Shown here: positions 50,467 to 60,447 of the stretch, in pieces
Layout of the letters: each line of letters begins with the position of its first letter
How positions within the stretch are numbered: position 1 is the first letter of the stretch
NCBI GenBank assembly: GCA_000002435.2
Contig: CM018793.1
Source: Giardia intestinalis
Lineage: Eukaryota
Direction: 5' to 3' (one strand)
DNA length: 64,000 nt
Notes under the pieces: generated by a model
Databases searched by the model: none
Told to the model about the DNA's origin: nothing
The model's input: the letters and a program-made list of their open reading frames with translations, nothing else
Program-made: the position numbers and the translations under genes

Positions 50467-51489
50467 ATGGAACTAGTAGTAATTGCCACGAAAAAGAAGT
50501 TAAATAAGGAGCCAATGCGACTTATGCTAAATGAGATGGCCAAACAATCCCAAATACGAAGACTTACCGTCATAGAGCTTGACGGCTTGAAGTCAGCAAA
50601 GCAACTTGAAAGAGCCATCGAAGACATCGATTTGGCCTCATCTATCCTCATCCATAAACCTCACGAGTTGTTTTCTTCTGCTAACAAACAGCTTTTGCAG
50701 GCCTACACAGAGATGGAGAACCACTTTTATTATGTGCAGGACAAACTAGAGTCTATCAAGAGGATACACTCTCGTCTAGATATGCACACCATTCTTTCCA
50801 CACTGGAGTTAGAAGGAATGCATACACCCTGTGTTTACTTGTTAGAAAGCCAGCTGACAGACGAAGCTTTGTTGTGGGCTGACACGCATTCACCCTTTTT
50901 GTTGAAGCCTAATGATAGCAATAATCATAATTTGTACCTCGTAAAGAGTGCTTCGTCCCTGTCTAAGCTCTATCCTGAGTTGCAGGATGAGGCAGAACGA
51001 CGCAAGGCACAGGAGGTCGGCGAGGCCTCTACCGCCGATGTCGATCTGCTGCACTGCAACAGCATCTATCTGATGGAGCAGTACATACCCCACAGTGCGG
51101 TGTTCAAACTATACACATATCGAGGCACGATTATCCATACAGACTTTCGTGCTCCACTTCGTCTCCCAGAAGCCTTTCATCCAGAGGGATTGTGCGAAGC
51201 ATACGGAGCTTGCGACACTTCGGAGGCTAGCTACCGGAAGATAAATTCACAAACGTGTCTGGAGATCCAGACCAGCATCGCATATGCTCCGACCCCCGTG
51301 GAATGGCGCCTGGTCCAGAGCGTTGCCCAGCTGATTTACGCCTCGCTGGGATTGTCCATACTGGGGATCGATGCACTGCTTACTCCAACTGGATTTTATA
51401 TAATCGATATAAATTATTTTTCTGGTCCAAAAAAAGCAGATTGGTTGAACCTTAAAAAATTACTTATTTTGGACCTACCGAATTGCTAA
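50467..51489 (+). CDS. ITPK1: Inositol-1,3,4-trisphosphate 5/6-kinase (ITPK1-like, ATP-grasp).
   Basis: The C-terminal LGIDALLTPTGFYIIDINYFSG matches ITPK1 LFGIDIIINNQTGQHAVIDINAFPG. The segment LIHKPHELFSS may correspond to the IHKLTD block. Start is ATG. Confidence 0.7.
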   Translation: MELVVIATKKKLNKEPMRLMLNEMAKQSQIRRLTVIELDGLKSAKQLERAIEDIDLASSILIHKPHELFSSANKQLLQAYTEMENHFYYVQDKLESIKRIHSRLDMHTILSTLELEGMHTPCVYLLESQLTDEALLWADTHSPFLLKPNDSNNHNLYLVKSASSLSKLYPELQDEAERRKAQEVGEASTADVDLLHCNSIYLMEQYIPHSAVFKLYTYRGTIIHTDFRAPLRLPEAFHPEGLCEAYGACDTSEASYRKINSQTCLEIQTSIAYAPTPVEWRLVQSVAQLIYASLGLSILGIDALLTPTGFYIIDINYFSGPKKADWLNLKKLLILDLPNC

Positions 51490-51511
51490 TTTTAATCTCG
51501 TAAATATAGTT

Positions 51512-54500
51512 ATGAAGGATGGCCAGTTAAAAATGAAACGATGCATCGTACGGCGAGAGCTTTTACCGGGGCCATTTCTGATTCCAGTTATAGCCTTTCC
51601 ATTTATTATCCTATTATCCTTATTGAAATTCTTTGGCTTGAACACCTCACAAAGGAAAATCCTACCGCTTAGCGCATACTTTTTACTTATGATTCTCATG
51701 AGCTTTGTGGAGCTTGGAGCCCTGTCCTTCGTCTTCGCTCTGCTCCATTACGCCTTTTGCCAAAAGCTTCCTTTGCCACCAATTTTCGTCAATCTTTTTT
51801 TGATTGTTATCTGCTTGGGGCTCTTTGTAGGAACTCTGTATGATCTTGAATCAGCGAGGGAATATCAAGGTATTCTCACGCTATCCATACTCCAAACCTA
51901 TGTCTTCCATGTTTCATATCCTTCCTGGCCACTTCCGGACAACTATATTGTTGGACGGAAAGCGCCGACTGGAGGAATTGAAGTTTTATTTGACAGTATC
52001 CGACTTCACTATCAACACTGGATTATTGTATTCGGTATCTTAGCTATTTTAACAGTAGCTGCTATTGTTGCATTGGTGATGAATTGGGACGCCTTCGTTT
52101 TTTCTCTCTTTTCACGGAGAACGCTTGTGGCCCAGCACAAGCGCATTCCCGCTCGAGCAGACCTTGCAGATAAGAGCTTACGGGTTCTAAACAGCATCAG
52201 TGGGTTCTCTGTGAAGGCGCCTCCAGCAATCCATCAACTTACCAAATCAGTCCTGTTCTACTCTGAGCAAGCGATTACAAGTCAGTCCATTGAAATGCAG
52301 AAAGTCCAGACACTGTCTTCAGTTTCTGGGCAGCACCAGAGCGAAGCCAGTGCCCTAGGGACGCGTATACTTGATGGAGTTGCAGTTTCAGAACGGCGAA
52401 AGTTCCCTGTCAAGCTCTACGATAACCTCTTCACTTCTCCAGAGTTCCTGGTTGCTGCCGTGTGCACTTTATTTTATATTATCATCTTGCTTGTGATGAT
52501 CGTCAGAAAGTCCGTACTCCCGACCTTCCTTGACAGGGGGGCTCCGATGTCGTACATATTTCTGAAGCAGATGGGGCCGTATCAAGCGTCGCTGTTCAGC
52601 ACTGAAGATACCTATACCGCTATGGTCCAACGCATCCGGTCACAGTACACGCTGTCTCCAGAGGAGTGCTGGCTTGACCAGCGGGAGCCCCCCGTTTATC
52701 CTCTTCTCTACGCGTCCCACGATGTCTGCTGTGCGTATAACCGTGCCGTTGAGGGCGTGGACTGCACTGCGCTAAGATCAGGTCCTGCTGACCTGAAGCA
52801 AAAGATAAGGTCCGACCCCGGGCTTCAGTCTGACCCCCCAAACGTCGTCATTCTTTTCTGGGAAAGCTTGAGTCTGAGTCCGTATTTCTACACAGACGCG
52901 TTCCTTCAGGGACAAGAGCAGCTCCTGCGCTCGGCAGATGGTATGCTGAAGGCAACTATCGTCCCTAACCTGCAGAGGTTCGTACAAGATGGCATTTCCT
53001 TTGTTAATTCGGCCTCCTTGGGACTCCCCACAGTTTCTGGATGGCACTCGCTGATGACTGGCCTGGTCCCCAACTTCTATGGGGTGAATATGATCACATC
53101 TGCCGTCACAGATGTTTATGGGCTACCACAATTCTTTTCAGATGCAGGATATAAGAACTTTTATATTAGCCCTAGCTCGTTTGCCTTCGACGGGAAAGAC
53201 GCCTGGGTGACTCGCCCAGGTTGGTTTACTGATGTTGTATACTATCATCCAACGGACGAGCAGGCCGAGGAGCTCGGAGTGGATCCAGAGAGTGTTCCTC
53301 AAACAAAGTCTTGGGTTGCAGATCGAATAACTAACCGACAGTTTATCACTACCTTCTCTGACGTTGCAGAGAAGGATCCGACCAAACCTATTCTGGGTGT
53401 TTACATGAACGTTGACACCCACACGCCCTTCACCGGGTTCGACAAGGAAGAGTTCTACTCCGACGAAGTACTGGATGGCATGATTGCATCCTGCCAAGCC
53501 GATCCGGAGACCCCCGAGTGCAGGTTCCTGTTGGATCCGTACATTGTGAAGTACGCTCGGGTCCTAAAGTACTCCGACAAGTACTTCCTCGGAAAGACCC
53601 TGGAGTTTCTAGAAGCTCATCATCCCAATACCATAGTCGTGATTGTCGGGGACCACGGCACGAGGGTCTCCATTGATAAGAAGCGTCTAAGAAAAGGCGT
53701 AAGTGATGCTTGGACATACAGCGAGGAGTGCCTTACAGCCGCATTTCTCGACGACAACGCCTTTGTTACGGGTGCATACCTACGCTACCTCGGCGGCCCA
53801 GGAAAAGGCACCTACAACGCACGAGTGTATGACTTCTTTGAAAAGTGGAGAGGGACTGCTTATATGGGCACCACAGACAACCGTGAAGCAGTGCACCTGG
53901 CCTATCTTCTCGCCGTGGACGAGAATCGACGCACAAAAGTGCCCAGCTACCGACTCACACGGAACCTGGCAGACGTCCTGCAGAACGCATCTCTGGGGCG
54001 TGTTCTCAGTCCGTGGCACAGTGTTTCTTCTATTGGTCTCGGGGTAGAGTACAGGACGGAGAGGACGCTCTATCGAACAAACAGTCAAGACCGATCTGGA
54101 GCGCTGCAATATGGGGATATTAAGGGCCTCACATGCATTGACATAATTGATAAGGGTTCAGGGCAAGCCCGCAAGGACCAGGTCAGAACAAGTCACACAC
54201 TCCGTGTGGTAGAAGATAGCGACATGTACAATCAGGCGATTGAACTTGTCCAATTCCATAACTTCCTCCTCACTAACGGCCGGGTATTCCACAAGTCGTT
54301 CTCCAACACAATGTGCGTCGATGAGTCGTATGCTGCAGGCACCGATGAGCCTAGGTGCTCGTTTCCAGCGCCTGATGGAAAGCGCACAGGCCAGTGGCTG
54401 TTCGGGGCGATTCTGGGCGTCATGGCTGTTATCGGTGCCGCAGTCGGTGGGGTACTCTCTTCAATAGCTTACTGTTGGCGTTACAAGCACCTACGCAAGT

Positions 54501-54541
54501 TGCTAAAGGAGAAAATTGCAGGCTCTACGCCAAACTTGTAG
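51512..54541 (+). CDS. Sulfatase/alkaline-phosphatase-superfamily integral membrane protein (LtaS/EptA/MdoB-like).
   Basis: There are about 5-6 N-terminal TM helices, then a soluble domain carrying PNVVILFWESLSL (the N-V-V-I..ES block) and TIVVIVGDHGTRVS (the metal-binding GDHG block), then a C-terminal TM helix. Start is ATG, 22 nt after the ITPK1 stop. Confidence 0.7.
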   Translation: MKDGQLKMKRCIVRRELLPGPFLIPVIAFPFIILLSLLKFFGLNTSQRKILPLSAYFLLMILMSFVELGALSFVFALLHYAFCQKLPLPPIFVNLFLIVICLGLFVGTLYDLESAREYQGILTLSILQTYVFHVSYPSWPLPDNYIVGRKAPTGGIEVLFDSIRLHYQHWIIVFGILAILTVAAIVALVMNWDAFVFSLFSRRTLVAQHKRIPARADLADKSLRVLNSISGFSVKAPPAIHQLTKSVLFYSEQAITSQSIEMQKVQTLSSVSGQHQSEASALGTRILDGVAVSERRKFPVKLYDNLFTSPEFLVAAVCTLFYIIILLVMIVRKSVLPTFLDRGAPMSYIFLKQMGPYQASLFSTEDTYTAMVQRIRSQYTLSPEECWLDQREPPVYPLLYASHDVCCAYNRAVEGVDCTALRSGPADLKQKIRSDPGLQSDPPNVVILFWESLSLSPYFYTDAFLQGQEQLLRSADGMLKATIVPNLQRFVQDGISFVNSASLGLPTVSGWHSLMTGLVPNFYGVNMITSAVTDVYGLPQFFSDAGYKNFYISPSSFAFDGKDAWVTRPGWFTDVVYYHPTDEQAEELGVDPESVPQTKSWVADRITNRQFITTFSDVAEKDPTKPILGVYMNVDTHTPFTGFDKEEFYSDEVLDGMIASCQADPETPECRFLLDPYIVKYARVLKYSDKYFLGKTLEFLEAHHPNTIVVIVGDHGTRVSIDKKRLRKGVSDAWTYSEECLTAAFLDDNAFVTGAYLRYLGGPGKGTYNARVYDFFEKWRGTAYMGTTDNREAVHLAYLLAVDENRRTKVPSYRLTRNLADVLQNASLGRVLSPWHSVSSIGLGVEYRTERTLYRTNSQDRSGALQYGDIKGLTCIDIIDKGSGQARKDQVRTSHTLRVVEDSDMYNQAIELVQFHNFLLTNGRVFHKSFSNTMCVDESYAAGTDEPRCSFPAPDGKRTGQWLFGAILGVMAVIGAAVGGVLSSIAYCWRYKHLRKLLKEKIAGSTPNL

Positions 54542-57500
54542 TGAGAAATGCGATCATATCAGCATTATTTAGTTCGATGGCTTGATCCAACGCCGTCTTT
54601 CCAGAAGCGTCTTTAATAGTTCCTTCTGCTGAAACTAGCAATCTAACAGCCTCAAATTGATTATTTGCAACAGCATTCATTAGCGCAGTTTGTCCACAGT
54701 CCGTACATAATTTTCCTTCTCTACGCAGCAATGTTTCTATTATAGAGCAGTGCCCAAATGATGCTGCATACATCATTGCAGTCCATCCATCTGGACGCGT
54801 GATACCAGCTTCTCTATAGTACAAAATCCGGGCCACCTCTGCATGGCCATGGAAAGATGCTATCATAAGAGCTGTCTCGCCATCGGTGGTTACGGCTCCT
54901 GTCTGCGTAGGAGCCAAGAAGCGGGCTGCTTCTAAATGGCCCATTTCCGCTGCAACCATCAGAGGCGTCCGCCCACTGGCATCCCTTATGCGTCCTTCAG
55001 AATAAAACAGTTGCCGGATCACATTCATGTTTCCCGTACTAGTGGCCATTAGCAACGCTGAGGTACCATCTAGAAGTAGCATACCACACTCCCGCTTTAG
55101 CAATATAGAGACAGACTTAGCGTCCTCTGCTAATGCAGCAAGCATTAGTGCCGTGAGACCCTCCGGTGTTGCGAGCCCTCCTTCAAGACTACATAAAAGC
55201 TCAACTATCTGGGGGCTGCCATTGCAAGCCGCTCGCATTAGCGCAGACAAGCCTGTGCTCGTCAAACGGTTTGCCTCTACACCTGCTAAAATGCTCACAC
55301 ACGCATGGTTTTCCCTTTCGACTGCGAACATGAGGGCTGTGTTTCCATCAGTATCTTGCAGCCCTCCCTCTGTAGCAACAAGAAGCCTTACTGCCGGGAC
55401 ATTGTTGTGGTATGCTGCGCGCATTAGTGCTGTGCGCCCATACTGATCCTGGACTCCTGCATATGCTAATAGCCCTTTCAGTGACTGATTCTTTGTGACA
55501 GCTAACATAAGAGGTGTGTCTCCTGGATTGCATTTGATCACTAGCTTGGGTATTTGAATATACTCTTTGTACTTGTTTAGGAGATGCTTAGATTGAGCAT
55601 TGTTATGACTACGCCAAGTAGATTTGCTCTTTTCCAATTCCAGTTGTCGCTCTGCCTCTTCCAGTGCTGCAGTACATTTATCTTTCTCTTGCATTATCAC
55701 CTGATTGGCTGTCATAAAGCTGTGCAGCTCTGACGATGTGTGACCTAGTTCCGTAGTGAGAGCATCTACTGTCTCTGTCAGCTTTGAGATTTCTAGTGCT
55801 TTTCCCTCGCACTCCTGGGCTTTGTCCCTTAATTGTAAGGTCATCAGATATATCTTTTCATTGAGTTCTGGTATAAGAGCGCCCCATTCTCTCAGCCGTG
55901 CTTTCTGGTCTGCCATAAGAGACTCATATGATTTTAGCTTAGCAGCCAAGCAGGCATTTTCGTCCAATGTAGCCTCGTACTGTGCAGTTAAAGTAGTATA
56001 CTTTTCACTGATTCTAGTCTTTTCTGACTCCACTGCTACCAGCTGTTGGCGTGTCTGGTTCAAGTCTAAGGTTAATGTATCATTGCAGTGTCTAGCCTCA
56101 CATACCTTGCGCTCACCAGAAGCAACGCTCTCTTTGAGAGACGCCACCTTATCAGAGAGAGCTTCTATCTGAGTTTCCTGTTCTGACACACGAGCTACCT
56201 GGGCAGAAAGCTCCTCTATTTCCAGACACATTTTTACTTTCTCTTCTTTCAGAGAAGACACCTGGCACCTCAATGCTTCCGATTCATCTCTGAGCTCTCC
56301 AAGCTCTGCATCCTTAGAGCTCAGAAGACATTCAAAATTAGTTATTGCTGCCTGCTGCGCATCTTTGTCTACCAATAAGGAGCTAATTTTTCGTTCCAAA
56401 GTGCTGATGTCCCGTGCTTTGTCATCCAGGTTCTTATTTAGTACCTTAATTTCTTCTTCGTGGGCAACAAGAATACCGTTGAGACTTTCCAGGGTACTGG
56501 CTAGAGAATCTATCTGCTCCGTTTGCTCCTTGATTTTTAATTGCCGTTCATTACTTGCCCTAACCTCCTCTTCATATGACTTAACAAGCTTCCTATTTTC
56601 TTCCTCAACGCGCTGAAGTGCTTCCGTGGTTGACTGGAGTTGCAACTCCATAGTAGAATTGATGCCTTTTGCATCAATAGCCTCCTTCTTTAAAGTCTCC
56701 ACCTGATTGTGGAGCTCAGATATGTCCGTAGCTGCCTTCTTTAAAGAGAGGTCTTTGCTTTTGATGTCAGTAATCAAGATATCTATATCCCTACTCTGTG
56801 CATCCAAAATAGTCTTGTGAACCCCTATGGCTCCAAATTTGGGCAGGCCTAAAAGATCCGCAGCTGATGGACGGGCATTAGGATCAACGCTGAGCATAAG
56901 GCTTACAGTATCGCGAAGTTCTTGGGAATATTCGTTCATGATAGGTTCATAACTGTTATGCATGATCACATCTACGAGGCTCTCTCCTTCTAGCTCAATA
57001 AACGGACGTCGTAGAGTACACAATTCGTAAACGACACAGCCGAGAGACCACACGTCTGCCTTCTCAGTGTATGGTAGCTGCTGCAGAATCTCTGGTGCGG
57101 TATAGAACGGGGATTCTGCGTCACGAATGAGAGAATTACTACCTAAGACTTGGTGTAGGCTGAAGTATCCTAACTTGATTAGATCTCCCTCCCCGACAAA
57201 TATATTGCTCGGGATAATGTTTCGATGGACTATGGAGCCCACATGAATTGCGTTTGGCTTTCTTACACTGTGGCAGTACTCCATGGCGATGAGAAGTTGA
57301 GCGAAGATTCTCCATATTCGATCTTCCTCGATCTGTGTGTGCTCCTTTCGGTAGAACCTAATGACATCGGCGAGATCTCCTAGTGTGAAGTGCTCCATAA
57401 GCAGATAGCTCATTTTAGCTTCATGGTCGTATACTGATTCTAAATAGCGCACTACGTGCTTGTGCACCAAGTGGGGAAGGATTTCTATTTCCCGTTTTAG

Positions 57501-57659
57501 TCTTATGCGCTCTTCTGTGGATATAATGCTATAGTCTATTTCCATGCAAGCGTAAACTTCCTCTGTTTCTTGAATACGCACTCGGTTTATCTTGCCAAAA
57601 AGCCCTCTCCCACACATCTCTAGGCTCTCAGCCGTGCCGCATTTGAATGCAACCTTCAT
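54525..57659 (-). CDS. NEK-like pseudokinase with a coiled coil and a C-terminal ankyrin array.
   Basis: The kinase fold blocks are present (GRGLFGK, HVGSIVHRNIIPSNIFV, YTAPEI, DVWSLGCVVYEL). The catalytic Lys is replaced by Met (YACMEI), HRD is replaced by HRN, and DFG is replaced by GYF. A 300-aa coiled coil and about 10 ANK repeats follow. Start is ATG. There is a 17-bp 3' overlap with the convergent upstream gene. Confidence 0.85.
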   Translation of the reverse strand: MKVAFKCGTAESLEMCGRGLFGKINRVRIQETEEVYACMEIDYSIISTEERIRLKREIEILPHLVHKHVVRYLESVYDHEAKMSYLLMEHFTLGDLADVIRFYRKEHTQIEEDRIWRIFAQLLIAMEYCHSVRKPNAIHVGSIVHRNIIPSNIFVGEGDLIKLGYFSLHQVLGSNSLIRDAESPFYTAPEILQQLPYTEKADVWSLGCVVYELCTLRRPFIELEGESLVDVIMHNSYEPIMNEYSQELRDTVSLMLSVDPNARPSAADLLGLPKFGAIGVHKTILDAQSRDIDILITDIKSKDLSLKKAATDISELHNQVETLKKEAIDAKGINSTMELQLQSTTEALQRVEEENRKLVKSYEEEVRASNERQLKIKEQTEQIDSLASTLESLNGILVAHEEEIKVLNKNLDDKARDISTLERKISSLLVDKDAQQAAITNFECLLSSKDAELGELRDESEALRCQVSSLKEEKVKMCLEIEELSAQVARVSEQETQIEALSDKVASLKESVASGERKVCEARHCNDTLTLDLNQTRQQLVAVESEKTRISEKYTTLTAQYEATLDENACLAAKLKSYESLMADQKARLREWGALIPELNEKIYLMTLQLRDKAQECEGKALEISKLTETVDALTTELGHTSSELHSFMTANQVIMQEKDKCTAALEEAERQLELEKSKSTWRSHNNAQSKHLLNKYKEYIQIPKLVIKCNPGDTPLMLAVTKNQSLKGLLAYAGVQDQYGRTALMRAAYHNNVPAVRLLVATEGGLQDTDGNTALMFAVERENHACVSILAGVEANRLTSTGLSALMRAACNGSPQIVELLCSLEGGLATPEGLTALMLAALAEDAKSVSILLKRECGMLLLDGTSALLMATSTGNMNVIRQLFYSEGRIRDASGRTPLMVAAEMGHLEAARFLAPTQTGAVTTDGETALMIASFHGHAEVARILYYREAGITRPDGWTAMMYAASFGHCSIIETLLRREGKLCTDCGQTALMNAVANNQFEAVRLLVSAEGTIKDASGKTALDQAIELNNADMIAFLTTSLA

Positions 57660-57765
57660 CAGACCTCCAATGTTTAATGGAAATTGTCATAAAACTAAAC
57701 CGGTGCGAACAAAAACTCCGCACAGAGTAGGCTCAGCACCATACTCATAAAGATTGAGACTAGAG

Positions 57766-58317
57766 ATGTCTGTGATCGAGGAGCACGAAGGAATAGTTTA
57801 TCGTTACTATCGTGACGAAGCAGACTTACGGACCGTCCAGAACCTATTCGCACGAGAGTTGTCCGAGCCGTATCAGATTTGGACGTATAGGTACTTTGTC
57901 GAGCCGTGGCCGACGCTCACCATCTTTGCAGAGTCCAATGAAGAAATTGTGGGGTGCTGCATGGCAAATATCGAGACCAGGTCTAAATCTGCTAAACTAG
58001 ATGGGGTAGCTAAGAATCCTGGTGTTTCTCATACAGACGCTGCTTCTACATATAAGCGGGGGTATATAGGTATGATCTCTGTAATAGATGCATACAAGAG
58101 GCGAAGGATAGGTCAGAGGCTCTATATGCTAGTGTTAAAAGAAATGAGGAATTTCGGGGTTACAGTCATTTCACTTGAGACAGAAAGTGATAATATAGGT
58201 GCGCTGCTTTTCTACGAGTCCCTTGGCTTCCGGAAGATGCGCCTCTTCTCGAACTATTACATGAACGGAAAGAACGCCTATAGGATGATGAAGTGGCTGG
58301 CCCCGAATATAGATTGA
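57766..58317 (+). CDS. NAA30: N-alpha-acetyltransferase Naa30/Mak3-like (NatC catalytic subunit, GNAT fold).
   Basis: LSEPYQIWTYRYFVEPWPTLTIFA aligns with Naa30 [24 protein letters not shown]. The GNAT acetyl-CoA motif is RRRIGQRLY. The ORF-track start at 57754 is TTG; the first ATG is MSVIEEH at about 57766. Confidence 0.8.
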   Translation: MSVIEEHEGIVYRYYRDEADLRTVQNLFARELSEPYQIWTYRYFVEPWPTLTIFAESNEEIVGCCMANIETRSKSAKLDGVAKNPGVSHTDAASTYKRGYIGMISVIDAYKRRRIGQRLYMLVLKEMRNFGVTVISLETESDNIGALLFYESLGFRKMRLFSNYYMNGKNAYRMMKWLAPNID

Positions 58318-59046
58318 ACCACAGAATGGTCAACTACCCAGCTGTTAAGCTTTACGAGGCCTCGCCACGTTTGGGAACTCCTCGTTGTATGATGGATCCC
58401 CAACTGTTAAACCAATCTAATTTAGATATAATCATAACATTAAAGGCAATCTCTATAAAATTTAAATTAAAACCGTAAGGTACATCAGAACTTGAAAGGT
58501 TTATTACAGGCCAATCTTCCAGTAATAGTCTGTAAACTTCTGTGCACTTGTGTATCTTGTGTTGATATGAGTACTAAACCCTCGAATATTGGGACCATGA
58601 GGCAAGCATTCACCCAAAGGTTTCCAGGGAGCTCTATCTTATTATCCTAATTTCCATACGATCCCACCTCTCAAAAGAGTGGGAGTAGACAGAGTCGTCA
58701 TAATTCATTCACTCTTTTTTCTAGATACTCAGGAGAGATCTTGATACCTAGAGAGATCAAGAACCACCATCTTTTGAGTACATGCACAAGGAGGAGATCT
58801 TAATAGGGTCTGTTCCCAGAGATTCCTGCCATTGGAAAGGCAGCTTCACCGCCTGGGCATTGCCCTGTACATAGCTATAGCTACTGCTTGGTGAGCATGA
58901 GTAAACAAGTAAGTAGGTAGTAGCTTACAAGTCTGTCGTAGAAAGGCAAAGATCCTACTGGCTGAAATTTGCATCCATAGATACAGCCTCACTGGGGTCG
59001 TGTTCTGGCGGCAGTAGACACTCGAGCTTCGGTGCCCGTTATCTAC

Positions 59047-59125
59047 CGCAGCAAGATCGATCGCGTCATGACAGAGGTCTCCACCAGGGACGCACCTACT
59101 GCCGCAGGAGCTCCATGATGTGCCC
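59047..59125 (+). repeat. Dispersed partial duplicate (about 90% identity over about 78 nt, weaker similarity about 60 nt further upstream) of the 3' end of the Yippee-like gene (45088-45166).
   Basis: cgcagcaagatcgatcgcgtcatgacagaggtctccaccagggacgcacctactgccgcaggagctccatga matches cgcaacaaggtcgaccgcgtcatgacagaggtctccgccggggacgcacctactgccgcaggagccccatga. It encodes the same C-terminal peptide ...RVMTEVS..DAPTAAGAP followed by a stop. Confidence 0.5.
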
Positions 59126-60421
59126 GTACACCCGATTACACACAACGACAAGCTTGCAAACAAAGCTGTTCCATTGCTCGGGTCCCGCTGCGGGGTGCAC
59201 GGGAGCGGCCCCATCGATGCTCGCCGTTCGATGATCGCCTTCGGGTGTTAGTATTATGTTCAGCTTCCGAAGCGCTTGTACATCGAGTACTGCTGAAGAG
59301 ACATAGAGGGGATTCAGAAGTAAAGGTTTCCGCTGGCCTGCGGTCTCAGTCTTATCCACCGTCAGCCCCAGCCCGTAGTGCTCACTAAGCATCTGACGGT
59401 TGCTGTGCATATTCAGTAGGTATCGACTGATCGTGATGGCACATGGGCACTCAAGCCCCAGGAAGATGTAGAGGTCGACAACGAAACCCAGTAGAGCCCC
59501 CAGCCCGAGGGAGAATGTATCCTTGTCTGCGCCCGTGAAGAGCTTCGCGTTCGCCGTCGGCTTCTCCCACACAAGTTCACAAACAGTCCTCCCTGCCCGC
59601 CGAAGTCCCCGGAGCTGGGGGTCTAGAGTCTGTTGAGAGACTGCCTGCAGGACAGACGTGGGAGCTCCGTCATGGTAGACTATAACTAATGGAGCAGGAA
59701 GAGCGGCAACTAGAATAGAGTAGAGCCTCGTAATGCGAACCCCTTCGGGTTCTGAGATTGCACCTTGGCGCGAAAACACAGAGCGATAGACGTCTCCAAA
59801 AGTTGCTTGATACAGCATCTGGATGCAGAGAGTCAGCTCTGCTAGCGCTGCATTAATGCCGTCCCTATTACGCAGGACTGGGAGGGCAGTACTAGGCGCA
59901 TCTGTAGCTTGAAGCGTGTCCCCAAGCTTCTCAGCATGAGCAGGATCTACTTGCAAAAGCGAGAACCCATTTACCGCAGATGCTGCTTCATTGAAGACAA
60001 ACAGTGGACGCATGCTCCCTTGCCGAGAGACACGCAGTTGGTGGCAATCATTGAGGCATGTAAAGGTGGGGATTTGTTTGTTGGGGTTCTGAAGTTTCAG
60101 CTGTTCCTCAAGCTCCTTGATCTTTTGCTCCTCTTCTTCTATCTCACTTTGTATATTGATAGAAGGAGCAGCGGCCTTCAAGCTTCCAGACAAGGCCCGC
60201 ATTCGCTTTCTACGCGCCATCTGCTTTTCAATGATGGCTGCGTCACGAGCATTCCGGTCCTTCTGCAGAAGAAGAGCCTGTCTAATTCGTTCATAACATG
60301 CCGAGCAAAGGAGGGAGACTGCTGTCAAATCAGGCATAGCTGGTAATGGTAATGCAGATGCAAGCGAGGAAGCGCAGTAATCTATTGGTTTAAAGTGAGA
60401 GTTACAGACGGAGCATAACAT
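59096..60421 (-). CDS. Hypothetical protein with an N-terminal CXXC...CXXC zinc-ribbon-like motif and a central coiled coil.
   Basis: The ORF-track start at 60496 is GTG. The first ATG (MLCSVCNSHF...CSACYERIRQ) is at about 60421, which removes the overlap with the mevalonate kinase gene. Confidence 0.6.
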   Translation of the reverse strand: MLCSVCNSHFKPIDYCASSLASALPLPAMPDLTAVSLLCSACYERIRQALLLQKDRNARDAAIIEKQMARRKRMRALSGSLKAAAPSINIQSEIEEEEQKIKELEEQLKLQNPNKQIPTFTCLNDCHQLRVSRQGSMRPLFVFNEAASAVNGFSLLQVDPAHAEKLGDTLQATDAPSTALPVLRNRDGINAALAELTLCIQMLYQATFGDVYRSVFSRQGAISEPEGVRITRLYSILVAALPAPLVIVYHDGAPTSVLQAVSQQTLDPQLRGLRRAGRTVCELVWEKPTANAKLFTGADKDTFSLGLGALLGFVVDLYIFLGLECPCAITISRYLLNMHSNRQMLSEHYGLGLTVDKTETAGQRKPLLLNPLYVSSAVLDVQALRKLNIILTPEGDHRTASIDGAAPVHPAAGPEQWNSFVCKLVVVCNRVYGHIMELLRQ

Positions 60422-60447
60422 GGCGACTTTTTTAAAGGGAAAAGGAA

